A model generated the notes under the pieces. It did not search any database. It was not told the DNA's origin and was given only the letters and a program-made list of their open reading frames with translations. DNA of 64,000 bases from Alphaproteobacteria bacterium. Its GTDB lineage: Bacteria > Pseudomonadota > Alphaproteobacteria > RF32 > CAG-239. Position numbers and translations under genes: made by a program. Shown one piece after another: positions 1 to 7,342 of this stretch (position 1 is its first letter; every line of letters begins with the position of its first letter). The stretch is taken from the NCBI GenBank assembly GCA_045633945.1, contig JAZQZH010000016.1:7620-71619 (forward strand), written 5' to 3'.

Positions 1-281
1 TCTAATTGGTCCATTGTATCATTAAACGCTTGGGCATCTTCTTTTAAAACCTCAGGTAACTCTTCCATCGATAAATTAGAAGTATCTCTATTTTGTTCAT
101 TTTCCTGAGCAACAATTTCATCCCAAGCCAAATAAGAATCTTCTCTTAACACTTGCTCAACATTTTCAATATTATTTGTTTTGGGCTGTTGTATATTTAC
201 TTCATTACCCGCCGCTTCAGTATCCATAGAAGATGCAGCTAAAACAGCAGCCAAAGCAATAGATTCCCATTCTTTAACCAT
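1..281 (-). CDS. hypothetical acidic protein; only the N-terminal 93 codons are visible (gene runs off the left edge)
   Basis: ATG at 281-279. I hand-checked codons from position 122 down to 1 (DEIVAQENEQNRDTSNLSMEELPEVLKEDAQAFNDTMDQL) and they stay open to the edge; 123-281 was read less carefully. Not in the supplied track, presumably because it is truncated. No family recognised. Confidence 0.35.
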   Translation of the reverse strand, partial: MVKEWESIALAAVLAASSMDTEAAGNEVNIQQPKTNNIENVEQVLREDSYLAWDEIVAQENEQNRDTSNLSMEELPEVLKEDAQAFNDTMDQL

Positions 282-433
282 TTTATATTCCCTAACAACT
301 CAAACTATATCTATTATATCACAAAAAAAACTAAAAATCAATTAAATAGCTCTTTCGGAGAGCCAATTTTTACTTGCTTTTGTAAACAAATTAAACTAGA
401 TTTTCATCACCATAACCTAATAAGAGGTGTTTT

Positions 434-907
434 ATGAAAAAAACTCCAACAATATACCTAATATGTGGTTTTCTAGGTGCTGGCAAAACAACATATTCAA
501 AAAAATTAGCAAAAGAAAAAAATGCAATTCACCTAAACCCAGATGAAGTTGTTATGAAAAGATACTCAAAAGAAGAATACGAAAACAATTGGGAAGCTTG
601 TTTTGCTGAAACTATGGATTTTTTATGGCAAGAAACAGCCTCTTATATCCAACAAAATAAAGATATTATTTTTGATGTTGGTTTTTGGGATAAAGCATCA
701 CGAGTTATTGCCAAAGAAAAAGCCACAAAGCTCGGTGCAACCCCTATAATATACTATATTTATGCTCCAGATGAGATATTAAAACAACGAATATCATCAA
801 GAAAAGGTAAAATCGCTGAACATAATTTATTACACTTTGATGATATAAAAAAATATTTCGAAGAACCATCTGATGATGAGACATTTATAACCATCAAAAA
901 CTATTAG
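434..907 (+). CDS. small stand-alone P-loop NTPase, AAA_33/zeta-toxin-like putative kinase
   Basis: 157-aa ORF with Walker A GFLGAGKTT at residues 12-20. AAGAGG RBS about 6 nt upstream. Size and layout are typical of small nucleotide/sugar kinases. Confidence 0.6.
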   Translation: MKKTPTIYLICGFLGAGKTTYSKKLAKEKNAIHLNPDEVVMKRYSKEEYENNWEACFAETMDFLWQETASYIQQNKDIIFDVGFWDKASRVIAKEKATKLGATPIIYYIYAPDEILKQRISSRKGKIAEHNLLHFDDIKKYFEEPSDDETFITIKNY

Positions 908-945
908 ATTAGTCCCCAAATTAAGACAGCCAAAAACAAATTAAT

Positions 946-1344
946 CTATCTTTGTTTTCTATCTCTTAAAATATATTCTTTTGCATGCTCCACTTGTATA
1001 GATGCAACTTTTCTATCTTTTTCTGATATTTCACCATTTACAGAATTTCCTGTTTTACCTATATCATCTTCCAAACCAACACGCCCCAAATGTTTTTTCA
1101 GACCATCCAGTCTTTTTTGATATTTATTACCTGTATCTCTGTTTTCAAATCGCTGTTCCTCTTTTTTTCGTAACTCGGGGTCTTTATATTCAAACATACC
1201 CGTTTGTTCATTATACACTCGAACAGGAGATTTTTCTGATAATTTCATTTCTAGTTCTTTTATTTTTTCAGAGGGTAGATTTGATCGACAATCTTCAACA
1301 ACCTCCTCAAATTGACCTGTATTTTCATTAAATTCAAAATTCAT
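946..1344 (-). CDS. hypothetical highly charged protein (132 aa)
   Basis: Long ORF convergent with 434..907. Lys/Glu-rich with no recognisable motif. The opposite-strand ORF 1002..1331 looks like a low-complexity shadow. Confidence 0.45.
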   Translation of the reverse strand: MNFEFNENTGQFEEVVEDCRSNLPSEKIKELEMKLSEKSPVRVYNEQTGMFEYKDPELRKKEEQRFENRDTGNKYQKRLDGLKKHLGRVGLEDDIGKTGNSVNGEISEKDRKVASIQVEHAKEYILRDRKQR

Positions 1345-1464
1345 ACCAAGTCCTCACAAATAAAAGTGTATAAACACATCTAAATACACCTTATTATACC
1401 ACAGATTTAAACTTATGTCTAGTTTTTAGAAAGTAAATCGAACAAAGAAAAATAACCTTTATAA

Positions 1465-1487
1465 CAAAAAACGCTCCCGAAGAAGCG
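1465..1487 (-). terminator. intrinsic terminator after 1536..2363
   Basis: On the minus strand: CGCTTC-TTCG-GGAGCG hairpin (6 bp including one G-U, UUCG-type tetraloop) followed by a T-run. Confidence 0.5.
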
Positions 1488-1535
1488 ATTTTAGAAGTTA
1501 GTACATAAATTAGATGTAGTTATAAATAATTTAGA

Positions 1536-2363
1536 TTATTTATTTAAGCCTCCTCTTTGAAATTGTATTTGTTTACAATAAGCAAGATGATTAGATTTAG
1601 CTTTTTTAACAGCATCTTGTAACATTTCATTATAATTAGGCTCGTTATACATACGATATTTAAAATCTTCTTTTTCAGCTTGTGTTTGAGCTTCAATTTC
1701 TTCCTTTGAGGGTGTTTTTTTTGCTCCAATCTTAAATGTAAATTTTGTTGTTTCTGCGTCTTTATCAGGCTCTTCTTTTTGAATACTTCTCAGTTTAAGC
1801 CATGCATCTTTTCGAGCCTCTATTGAGGAATAATCACAAACTCTATCCTCATGTCCATTGATTTTATACCACATATCACGCAAATTATATTTTGTAAGTA
1901 AACAGCAAGAATTGTCATTTTCTTCTGAAACAAAAGGATTTATAACATCTTCTTGTTGTTTAGAATGATTAATATCAATTTTATAGTCTGGTAATAGCAG
2001 TTTTAAAAAGTCACTCATTTCTTTTCGCATATCTTCTCCGTGAGAATCGTGATAATAGACTGTCTTGGTTCCATTATCAATCGCCATAGCAACCGCATGA
2101 GAACCACAAAAACATGCTTGAGAAGGAAGAAGCAGAGAATAATAAGTCTGATTAATTTGTTGGTTATTTAATAAGGTTGTTCCAAAATTTGCTAAAGCAT
2201 TTGTATCAATTTTACTTTGAGCTCCATTTACATTAGATTCAACACTTAATCTTTTTACAGAAAAACCATTTTGTTTAAATAAAATATTATCTAAGTCATC
2301 TGATTTTTCGTTCCAAGTTAAACGAGTATTTAACACATCTTCTTCTTTATATTTTGAAACCAT
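1536..2363 (-). CDS. hypothetical protein with CE-clan (Ulp1/ChlaDub-like) cysteine-protease-like catalytic spacing
   Basis: 275-aa ORF. GSHAVAMAID...YYHDSHG...QQ...ENDNSCC gives His, then Asp 17 residues later, then Cys 47-48 residues after the Asp. That order and spacing matches Ulp1-type peptidases (H514/D531/C580). The C-terminal third is Lys/Glu-rich. Confidence 0.4.
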   Translation of the reverse strand: MVSKYKEEDVLNTRLTWNEKSDDLDNILFKQNGFSVKRLSVESNVNGAQSKIDTNALANFGTTLLNNQQINQTYYSLLLPSQACFCGSHAVAMAIDNGTKTVYYHDSHGEDMRKEMSDFLKLLLPDYKIDINHSKQQEDVINPFVSEENDNSCCLLTKYNLRDMWYKINGHEDRVCDYSSIEARKDAWLKLRSIQKEEPDKDAETTKFTFKIGAKKTPSKEEIEAQTQAEKEDFKYRMYNEPNYNEMLQDAVKKAKSNHLAYCKQIQFQRGGLNK

Positions 2364-2520
2364 ATTTTATTCTCCCTTTATATATATTAAGGATAATATC
2401 ATGTTTTTATAAAAAAGAAAACAATAATGATAACCAGAAAACAAAAAGTCTGATAGTCTATAAAAATTTACCTATTTTAAAATCCTGAAAATCGGACTAA
2501 ATAAACACTTGTTTAAAAAC

Positions 2521-2549
2521 AAAAAATCCGCAATAAATGCGGAATTCTT
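2521..2549 (-). terminator. intrinsic terminator downstream of tRNA-Leu
   Basis: TCCGCA-ATAAA-TGCGGA hairpin. On the minus strand it is followed by a TTTTTTG run. Confidence 0.6.
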
Positions 2550-2554
2550 AAAAA

Positions 2555-2641
2555 TGGTGCGCTAGGCCGGAATCGAACCGGCACGGGATTGCTCCCAACA
2601 GATTTTAAGTCTGCAGCGTCTACCTGTTCCGCCACAAGCGC
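2555..2641 (-). tRNA. tRNA-Leu (anticodon UAA)
   Basis: 87-nt cloverleaf read on the minus strand. Acceptor GCGCUUG/CUAGCGC, T-arm GCCGG-UUCGAUU-CCGGC, anticodon loop CUUAAAA, long variable arm, encoded CCA. Confidence 0.93.
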
Positions 2642-2824
2642 AAATCCATAACAAAAACTCTTATACATACAAAAAATTATAATTGCAACATATTTCTTGT
2701 ATTTTTTTTATTTTTAATTAAAATTTTTTCCGAACTAATGTGTAGCGCATACACCAACATCTAATTTTTATTATATATACGGCAGAAACAGCGTTTCGGT
2801 ATATATTTGAAAGGTAGTATATAA

Positions 2825-3613
2825 ATGAAACCAATAAATAAGAAGCTCATGCTTCCTAAAAACAAGTTAACTGAAGTTCCTTTTCGCAAACTTGTTCCCA
2901 ATATTGTAACCATGTTAGCTCTCTGCTCTGGTTTAACATCAATCCGCTATTCTGTACAAGAAGACTGGGGTAAAGCTGTTATTTTCATCATATTAGCAGG
3001 CTTTTTAGATGGTCTAGATGGAAGACTCGCTAGATATCTAAAAGCATCTACCAAATTTGGCGCTGAACTCGATTCTCTATGTGATTTTGTTAGCTTTGGT
3101 ATTGCTCCTGCAATTTTAATGTTCCAATGGTGCTTACATGATTTACCAAAATTTGGTTGGTATTTCTGCTTATTATATTCAATGGGTATGGCTATGCGTC
3201 TGGCTCGCTTTAATACAATGCTAGAAGATGATACAGTTCCACCATATTGGTCAAATTATTTCACCGGTGTTCCAGCACCTGCTGCCGCCGCAATGGTTGC
3301 GATGCCAATCATTATGTCTTTTGACTTTAAAGAATTAGAACCATTTTTCCGCACACATTTATTCTGCGGTATATGGATGCTTATTGTTGCTTACTTAGAA
3401 ACAAGCAGAATCCCAACTGTTTCATTCAAAAAAAGCAAGATAAAAACAACGTACATGATGCCACTAACATTTATTGTGGCTCTTGTTGCAACATTCTTAT
3501 TTACACAAACTTGGTTAACTCTTGGTATCCTAACCATTCTATATGCAATATCAATTCCATATAGTGTATATCGTTTCAAGCAAGATAAAAAAGCTTACGA
3601 AGCATCATTATAA
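2825..3613 (+). CDS. pssA: CDP-diacylglycerol--serine O-phosphatidyltransferase
   Basis: CDP-alcohol phosphatidyltransferase motif DGLDGRLARYLKASTKFGAELDSLCD. Polytopic membrane protein of 262 aa. Confidence 0.88.
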   Translation: MKPINKKLMLPKNKLTEVPFRKLVPNIVTMLALCSGLTSIRYSVQEDWGKAVIFIILAGFLDGLDGRLARYLKASTKFGAELDSLCDFVSFGIAPAILMFQWCLHDLPKFGWYFCLLYSMGMAMRLARFNTMLEDDTVPPYWSNYFTGVPAPAAAAMVAMPIIMSFDFKELEPFFRTHLFCGIWMLIVAYLETSRIPTVSFKKSKIKTTYMMPLTFIVALVATFLFTQTWLTLGILTILYAISIPYSVYRFKQDKKAYEASL

Positions 3614-3617
3614 AAAA

Positions 3618-3641
3618 AGAGAGGCGAACCTCTCTTTTTTT
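3618..3641 (+). terminator. intrinsic terminator after pssA
   Basis: AGAGAGG-CGAA-CCTCTCT hairpin followed by T6. Confidence 0.75.
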
Positions 3642-3689
3642 AATACTTTTTAAATCAAATTACTATAACCTAATCTCGGAATGCCAAGT

Positions 3690-3869
3690 TGGGTTCTGAG
3701 GTTTGAAACCCTCTCGATAATGCTTATATGATATGAGCAAGAACTTTTACTGGCCTTTAGTCATACGTGACTGGAAGGCAGTAAAATACGCTATATGCAA
3801 ATATACTGCACTGTTTATCGACAGGTTTCAACTTCCAGTCACCTTTTATTTTAGGTGACTTTTCTTTTT
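3690..3869 (+). ncRNA. structured RNA of about 180 nt: either a 6S-RNA-like rod or a cis-acting leader/attenuator of the downstream OMP gene (ends approximate)
   Basis: Long irregular helix: 3703-3710 pairs with 3824-3831, 3714-3720 with 3815-3821, and 3745-3755 with 3777-3786. Apical hairpin 3759-3772. Own terminator: 3837-3843/3854-3860 plus U-run 3861-3869. Sits between two terminators with no long ORF. Confidence 0.5.
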
Positions 3870-3891
3870 ATATCTAAAAGAAAGGTTTGAA

Positions 3892-4665
3892 ATGAGAAAA
3901 TATATCTATATATGCAGTTTATTTTTCACACTAGCGCTCCAACCTGCGTATGCCCAAAAATATGAGTATACGGGACATACGCCCCCTACTTATATAAATA
4001 TAAATGGTGAGCAATATGTCCGCATTCCTCATAAACGCCAAGCAAAAAAATATTCTCATTACACACTCTCACCTTTAACAAAAATTAAGCCATACATTGG
4101 ACTAAACATAGGATATAACAAACTAGATAGAATAACTCCTGAAGATGAGCACATAACAGAACTTTCATATGTATCTTACGCTAAATTACCTCAAAAAAAT
4201 ATATCCCTATCAGGAATTTTGGGCTTACAATTAAATCATAACTTTAGCCTAGAAGCTTATTATCAAAGCACTATTGCTAATGATAAAAAAAATGGGACAA
4301 CAACTATTACCATCCCACTTGTGGACGCAACATATAATACCAGCACATCAACTCAATTATCATTTAAATCATATGGAATAGATTTTATATACAACACACC
4401 AATATTTAGCCAAAATATTGAACTCCTTTTAACTCTAGGACTTGGTTCTTACAATATAAATAGCAAATACGTATTAAACCCACACGGAGATAATATATTC
4501 TCATCTTCAAATAAAAGTATTGGATACAGATTCGGATTCGGTGGACAATATAACTTTAACGAACACATCTCGTTAACCACAATTCTACGCTATATCAAAC
4601 TAACCGACGATAAAATAATCAATAATATATTTGAACTCTCAACCGGTATAAAATATTCTTTTTAA
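3892..4665 (+). CDS. small outer-membrane beta-barrel protein (OmpA-like TM / porin-family)
   Basis: Signal peptide ending AYA-Q, alternating amphipathic strands, C-terminal ...GIKYSF. Paralog of the partial ORF at 63517 (shared SYGIDF motif). Confidence 0.7.
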   Translation: MRKYIYICSLFFTLALQPAYAQKYEYTGHTPPTYININGEQYVRIPHKRQAKKYSHYTLSPLTKIKPYIGLNIGYNKLDRITPEDEHITELSYVSYAKLPQKNISLSGILGLQLNHNFSLEAYYQSTIANDKKNGTTTITIPLVDATYNTSTSTQLSFKSYGIDFIYNTPIFSQNIELLLTLGLGSYNINSKYVLNPHGDNIFSSSNKSIGYRFGFGGQYNFNEHISLTTILRYIKLTDDKIINNIFELSTGIKYSF

Positions 4666-5606
4666 TAAGATGCCCTTTTTATTCTATCATTAATAGCACG
4701 TCCCACCCCTTCATTAGGAATAGGCGCCATAGCAATAGATTTATATTTTTCATTTTTATCAGCTTGTCTCATATAAGCAAACAAATTAGCAGCCGCTTCT
4801 CTCAAATCACCAGATTTACTCAAGTTTAATTCACCAAAATCAAACTCTTTACCAAATCCGATATAAAGTTCTCCCTCAATCGGAGCGGTTGCATTTATTC
4901 TAAACTTTTTAGATGGAGCATAGTGTTTTAGCATCTGCCCTGGAGATGTTGGCTTATCCGGATTCCCATCAGATATCAAAACTTCTTCTCCTAACACTTT
5001 TTCTATTTCCTCTTTAGTAATTCCTCCAGCACGAAGCAACACCGCTTTAGATGTTGTTAAATCTAAAATTGTAGATTCCACCCCAACCTCGCAAGACCCT
5101 CCATCCAAAATCATATCAACTCTATCACCTAAGCTTTCATATACAGCTTCAGCTGTTGTTGGAGATATAGTTTGCGAACGATTCGCTGATGGTGCTGCAA
5201 TAGGCACTCCCGCCTTTTCAATAAGACTTAACGCAACTTTGTGATTAGGGCATCTAACAGTCATTGTCTTAAGCCCGGCACAAACCAAATCTAAACTTGG
5301 ATTATCATCAATTCTGGGCAAAACAAAGGTCAACGGTCCAGGCCAAAAAACCTTGGCCAACGCCATAGCTCTATCATCAACTAAAACAAATTCTCTCATA
5401 TCATCAACTTTTGCGATATGAGATATGAGCGGATTAAAACTAGGCCGCCCCTTAGCCTCAAAAATTCCAGCCACCGCTTTAGGATTAAAAATACTAGCCC
5501 CTAATCCATAAACCGTTTCCGTAGGAAAAGAAACGAGTCCTCCGTTCTTGATAATTTCAGCTCCTTTTATTATATTATCTTCTAAAGCTTTATAAATACC
5601 GCTCAT
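4662..5606 (-). CDS. tsaC: L-threonylcarbamoyladenylate synthase (YrdC plus Sua5 domains)
   Basis: FPTETVYGLGA and KGRPSFNPLISH YrdC-domain motifs. The 314-aa length implies a C-terminal Sua5 domain. Confidence 0.88.
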   Translation of the reverse strand: MSGIYKALEDNIIKGAEIIKNGGLVSFPTETVYGLGASIFNPKAVAGIFEAKGRPSFNPLISHIAKVDDMREFVLVDDRAMALAKVFWPGPLTFVLPRIDDNPSLDLVCAGLKTMTVRCPNHKVALSLIEKAGVPIAAPSANRSQTISPTTAEAVYESLGDRVDMILDGGSCEVGVESTILDLTTSKAVLLRAGGITKEEIEKVLGEEVLISDGNPDKPTSPGQMLKHYAPSKKFRINATAPIEGELYIGFGKEFDFGELNLSKSGDLREAAANLFAYMRQADKNEKYKSIAMAPIPNEGVGRAINDRIKRASY

Positions 5607-5737
5607 TCTAAACCTTTCTATTTAAATATTTCTTCTACAATATCACTATAAAAAGCAAAATCAACCCTATAAATTTAACCTTTTTTTCACCATAATACCT
5701 TCAAAATGATTCCATTGTTACAAAAAAGGAGAGACAA

Positions 5738-7210
5738 ATGACCGAAATAACATTCAATCAAGATTCAAAAGGCTCTATCGTAAAAGTTCTTATTGCAACA
5801 TTTGAAGAACAATTAAACTATGGAGTAACAGGCTCAATTATCGATAGAAGCACTTTCAACAAACTAAAAACTTTAGAACAAAGAGATACAGAAGAAAAAT
5901 CTCCAATTCTTGTATTAGATACCTTAAAAGAAGTCATCGTTCTTTTAAGAGTAGAAAATACATGTACAACAGTAGATATTCAAAATTTGGGTGCAAATGC
6001 ATATCAAAAAATTAAAAATTTTGCATCTGCAACAATTTTTGCACGCCACTTACCAAAAACAGATTATTCATCAACAGATATAGCAAACAACCTAGGTCTC
6101 GGCATTGAATTAGCTTCATATTCTTTTGATAAATATTTTACAACCAAAAAAGCATCTGATTTTCCAAAATTAGAAACAATTAATTTTGTAGCTAAAGAAA
6201 AATTGAATAAAAAAGATTATGAACAAACAAAAGCTCTAACAAATGCTGTTCGTTATGCTCGTGATTTAATCAACGAACCATCTAACAACCTAACTCCAGA
6301 AATTTATGCTGGCGACATTAAGCGTTTAGAAAATCTTGGCCTAAAAATAACAACACTAAACAAAGATACATTAAAGAAAAAAGGCTTTAATATGTTGCTT
6401 TCTGTTTCACAAGGATCAAACAACGATCCGTATGTTTGCATCATTGAATACAACGGAAACAAAAAGAAAAAAGGATACGATGTAGCTCTCGTTGGTAAAG
6501 GTGTTACTTTCGATTCTGGTGGTATCTCAATAAAACCATCTCAAGGCATGTGGGATATGAAACAAGATATGGCCGGTTCTGCCGTTGTTGTTTCATCTCT
6601 AAAAGCTCTCGCTGGCCAAAAACTTAACCTAAATGTAGTAGGTATCGTTGGTCTAGTAGAAAATATGCCATCAGGCACAGCAACTCGTCCAGGAGATATC
6701 GTAACATCACTCTCTGGCCAAACTGTTGAAATTTTAAACACCGATGCAGAAGGTAGATTGGTTTTGGGCGATTGCCTAACATATGTTGAACGTGAATACA
6801 AGCCTGAACGCATCATTGACGTTGCAACTTTAACAGGTGCCATCGTAGTTGCCCTTGGTGAAGAAATGGCTGGACTTTTCTCAAATGATGACTGCTTATC
6901 AGAGTTGCTATGTATTGCCGGAGAACAAACTGGTGAAGAATTATGGCGCTTCCCATTAACTGATAATTATCGTAAAAAAATAAAATCAGACATCGCCGAT
7001 ATTAAAAATATTTCAGCAGGTCGCTCTGCTGGCTCAATCACTGCTGCTTGCTTTTTAGAAAAATTCTTACCAAACAAAACTCCATGGGCGCACTTAGATA
7101 TTGCAGGTGTTGATAAGGTAGAAAAAGCAAAACCAATGTATCCTTGTGGTTCTAGTGGATTTGGTGTCATGTTACTAAACAAATTTCTAAAAAACCTAGA
7201 AGCAAAATAA
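5738..7210 (+). CDS. pepA: leucyl aminopeptidase (M17)
   Basis: VGKGVTFDSGGISIKP and NTDAEGRLVL signature motifs; 490 aa. Confidence 0.93.
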   Translation: MTEITFNQDSKGSIVKVLIATFEEQLNYGVTGSIIDRSTFNKLKTLEQRDTEEKSPILVLDTLKEVIVLLRVENTCTTVDIQNLGANAYQKIKNFASATIFARHLPKTDYSSTDIANNLGLGIELASYSFDKYFTTKKASDFPKLETINFVAKEKLNKKDYEQTKALTNAVRYARDLINEPSNNLTPEIYAGDIKRLENLGLKITTLNKDTLKKKGFNMLLSVSQGSNNDPYVCIIEYNGNKKKKGYDVALVGKGVTFDSGGISIKPSQGMWDMKQDMAGSAVVVSSLKALAGQKLNLNVVGIVGLVENMPSGTATRPGDIVTSLSGQTVEILNTDAEGRLVLGDCLTYVEREYKPERIIDVATLTGAIVVALGEEMAGLFSNDDCLSELLCIAGEQTGEELWRFPLTDNYRKKIKSDIADIKNISAGRSAGSITAACFLEKFLPNKTPWAHLDIAGVDKVEKAKPMYPCGSSGFGVMLLNKFLKNLEAK

Positions 7211-7221
7211 AACATCAAAAA

Positions 7222-7245
7222 AGCCTCACAAAATGGGGCTTTTTT
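7222..7245 (+). terminator. intrinsic terminator after pepA
   Basis: AGCCTC-ACAAAAT-GGGGCT hairpin followed by T5. Confidence 0.65.
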
Positions 7246-7342
7246 ATATAAAAATATTCATCTTAATCCTAAAAAAGAGTTGAGAATTAATAAACCTATG
7301 CTAAACTCTGCATAACTTAAGATAAATAGGAAAAACAACAAA

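Noticed and set aside
1002-1331. 109-aa plus-strand ORF opposite 946..1344
   Set aside because: Its translation is Phe/Leu/Tyr-rich and hydrophobic, with no start context. The minus-strand ORF is longer and less compositionally odd, although neither has a family assignment.
3700-3710. GGTTTGAAACC palindrome as a protein-binding site
   Set aside because: It is better explained as one strand of the long closing helix of the structured RNA, pairing with 3824-3831. The loop would be too short for a stand-alone hairpin, and there is no second copy.
3681-3731. Mini-ORFs inside the two structured spacers (3681..3731, 16 codons; 63347..63409, 20 codons) as leader peptides
   Set aside because: They have no RBS and no runs of a regulatory codon. 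Short ORFs of this size are expected by chance. The RNA-structure explanation is sufficient.
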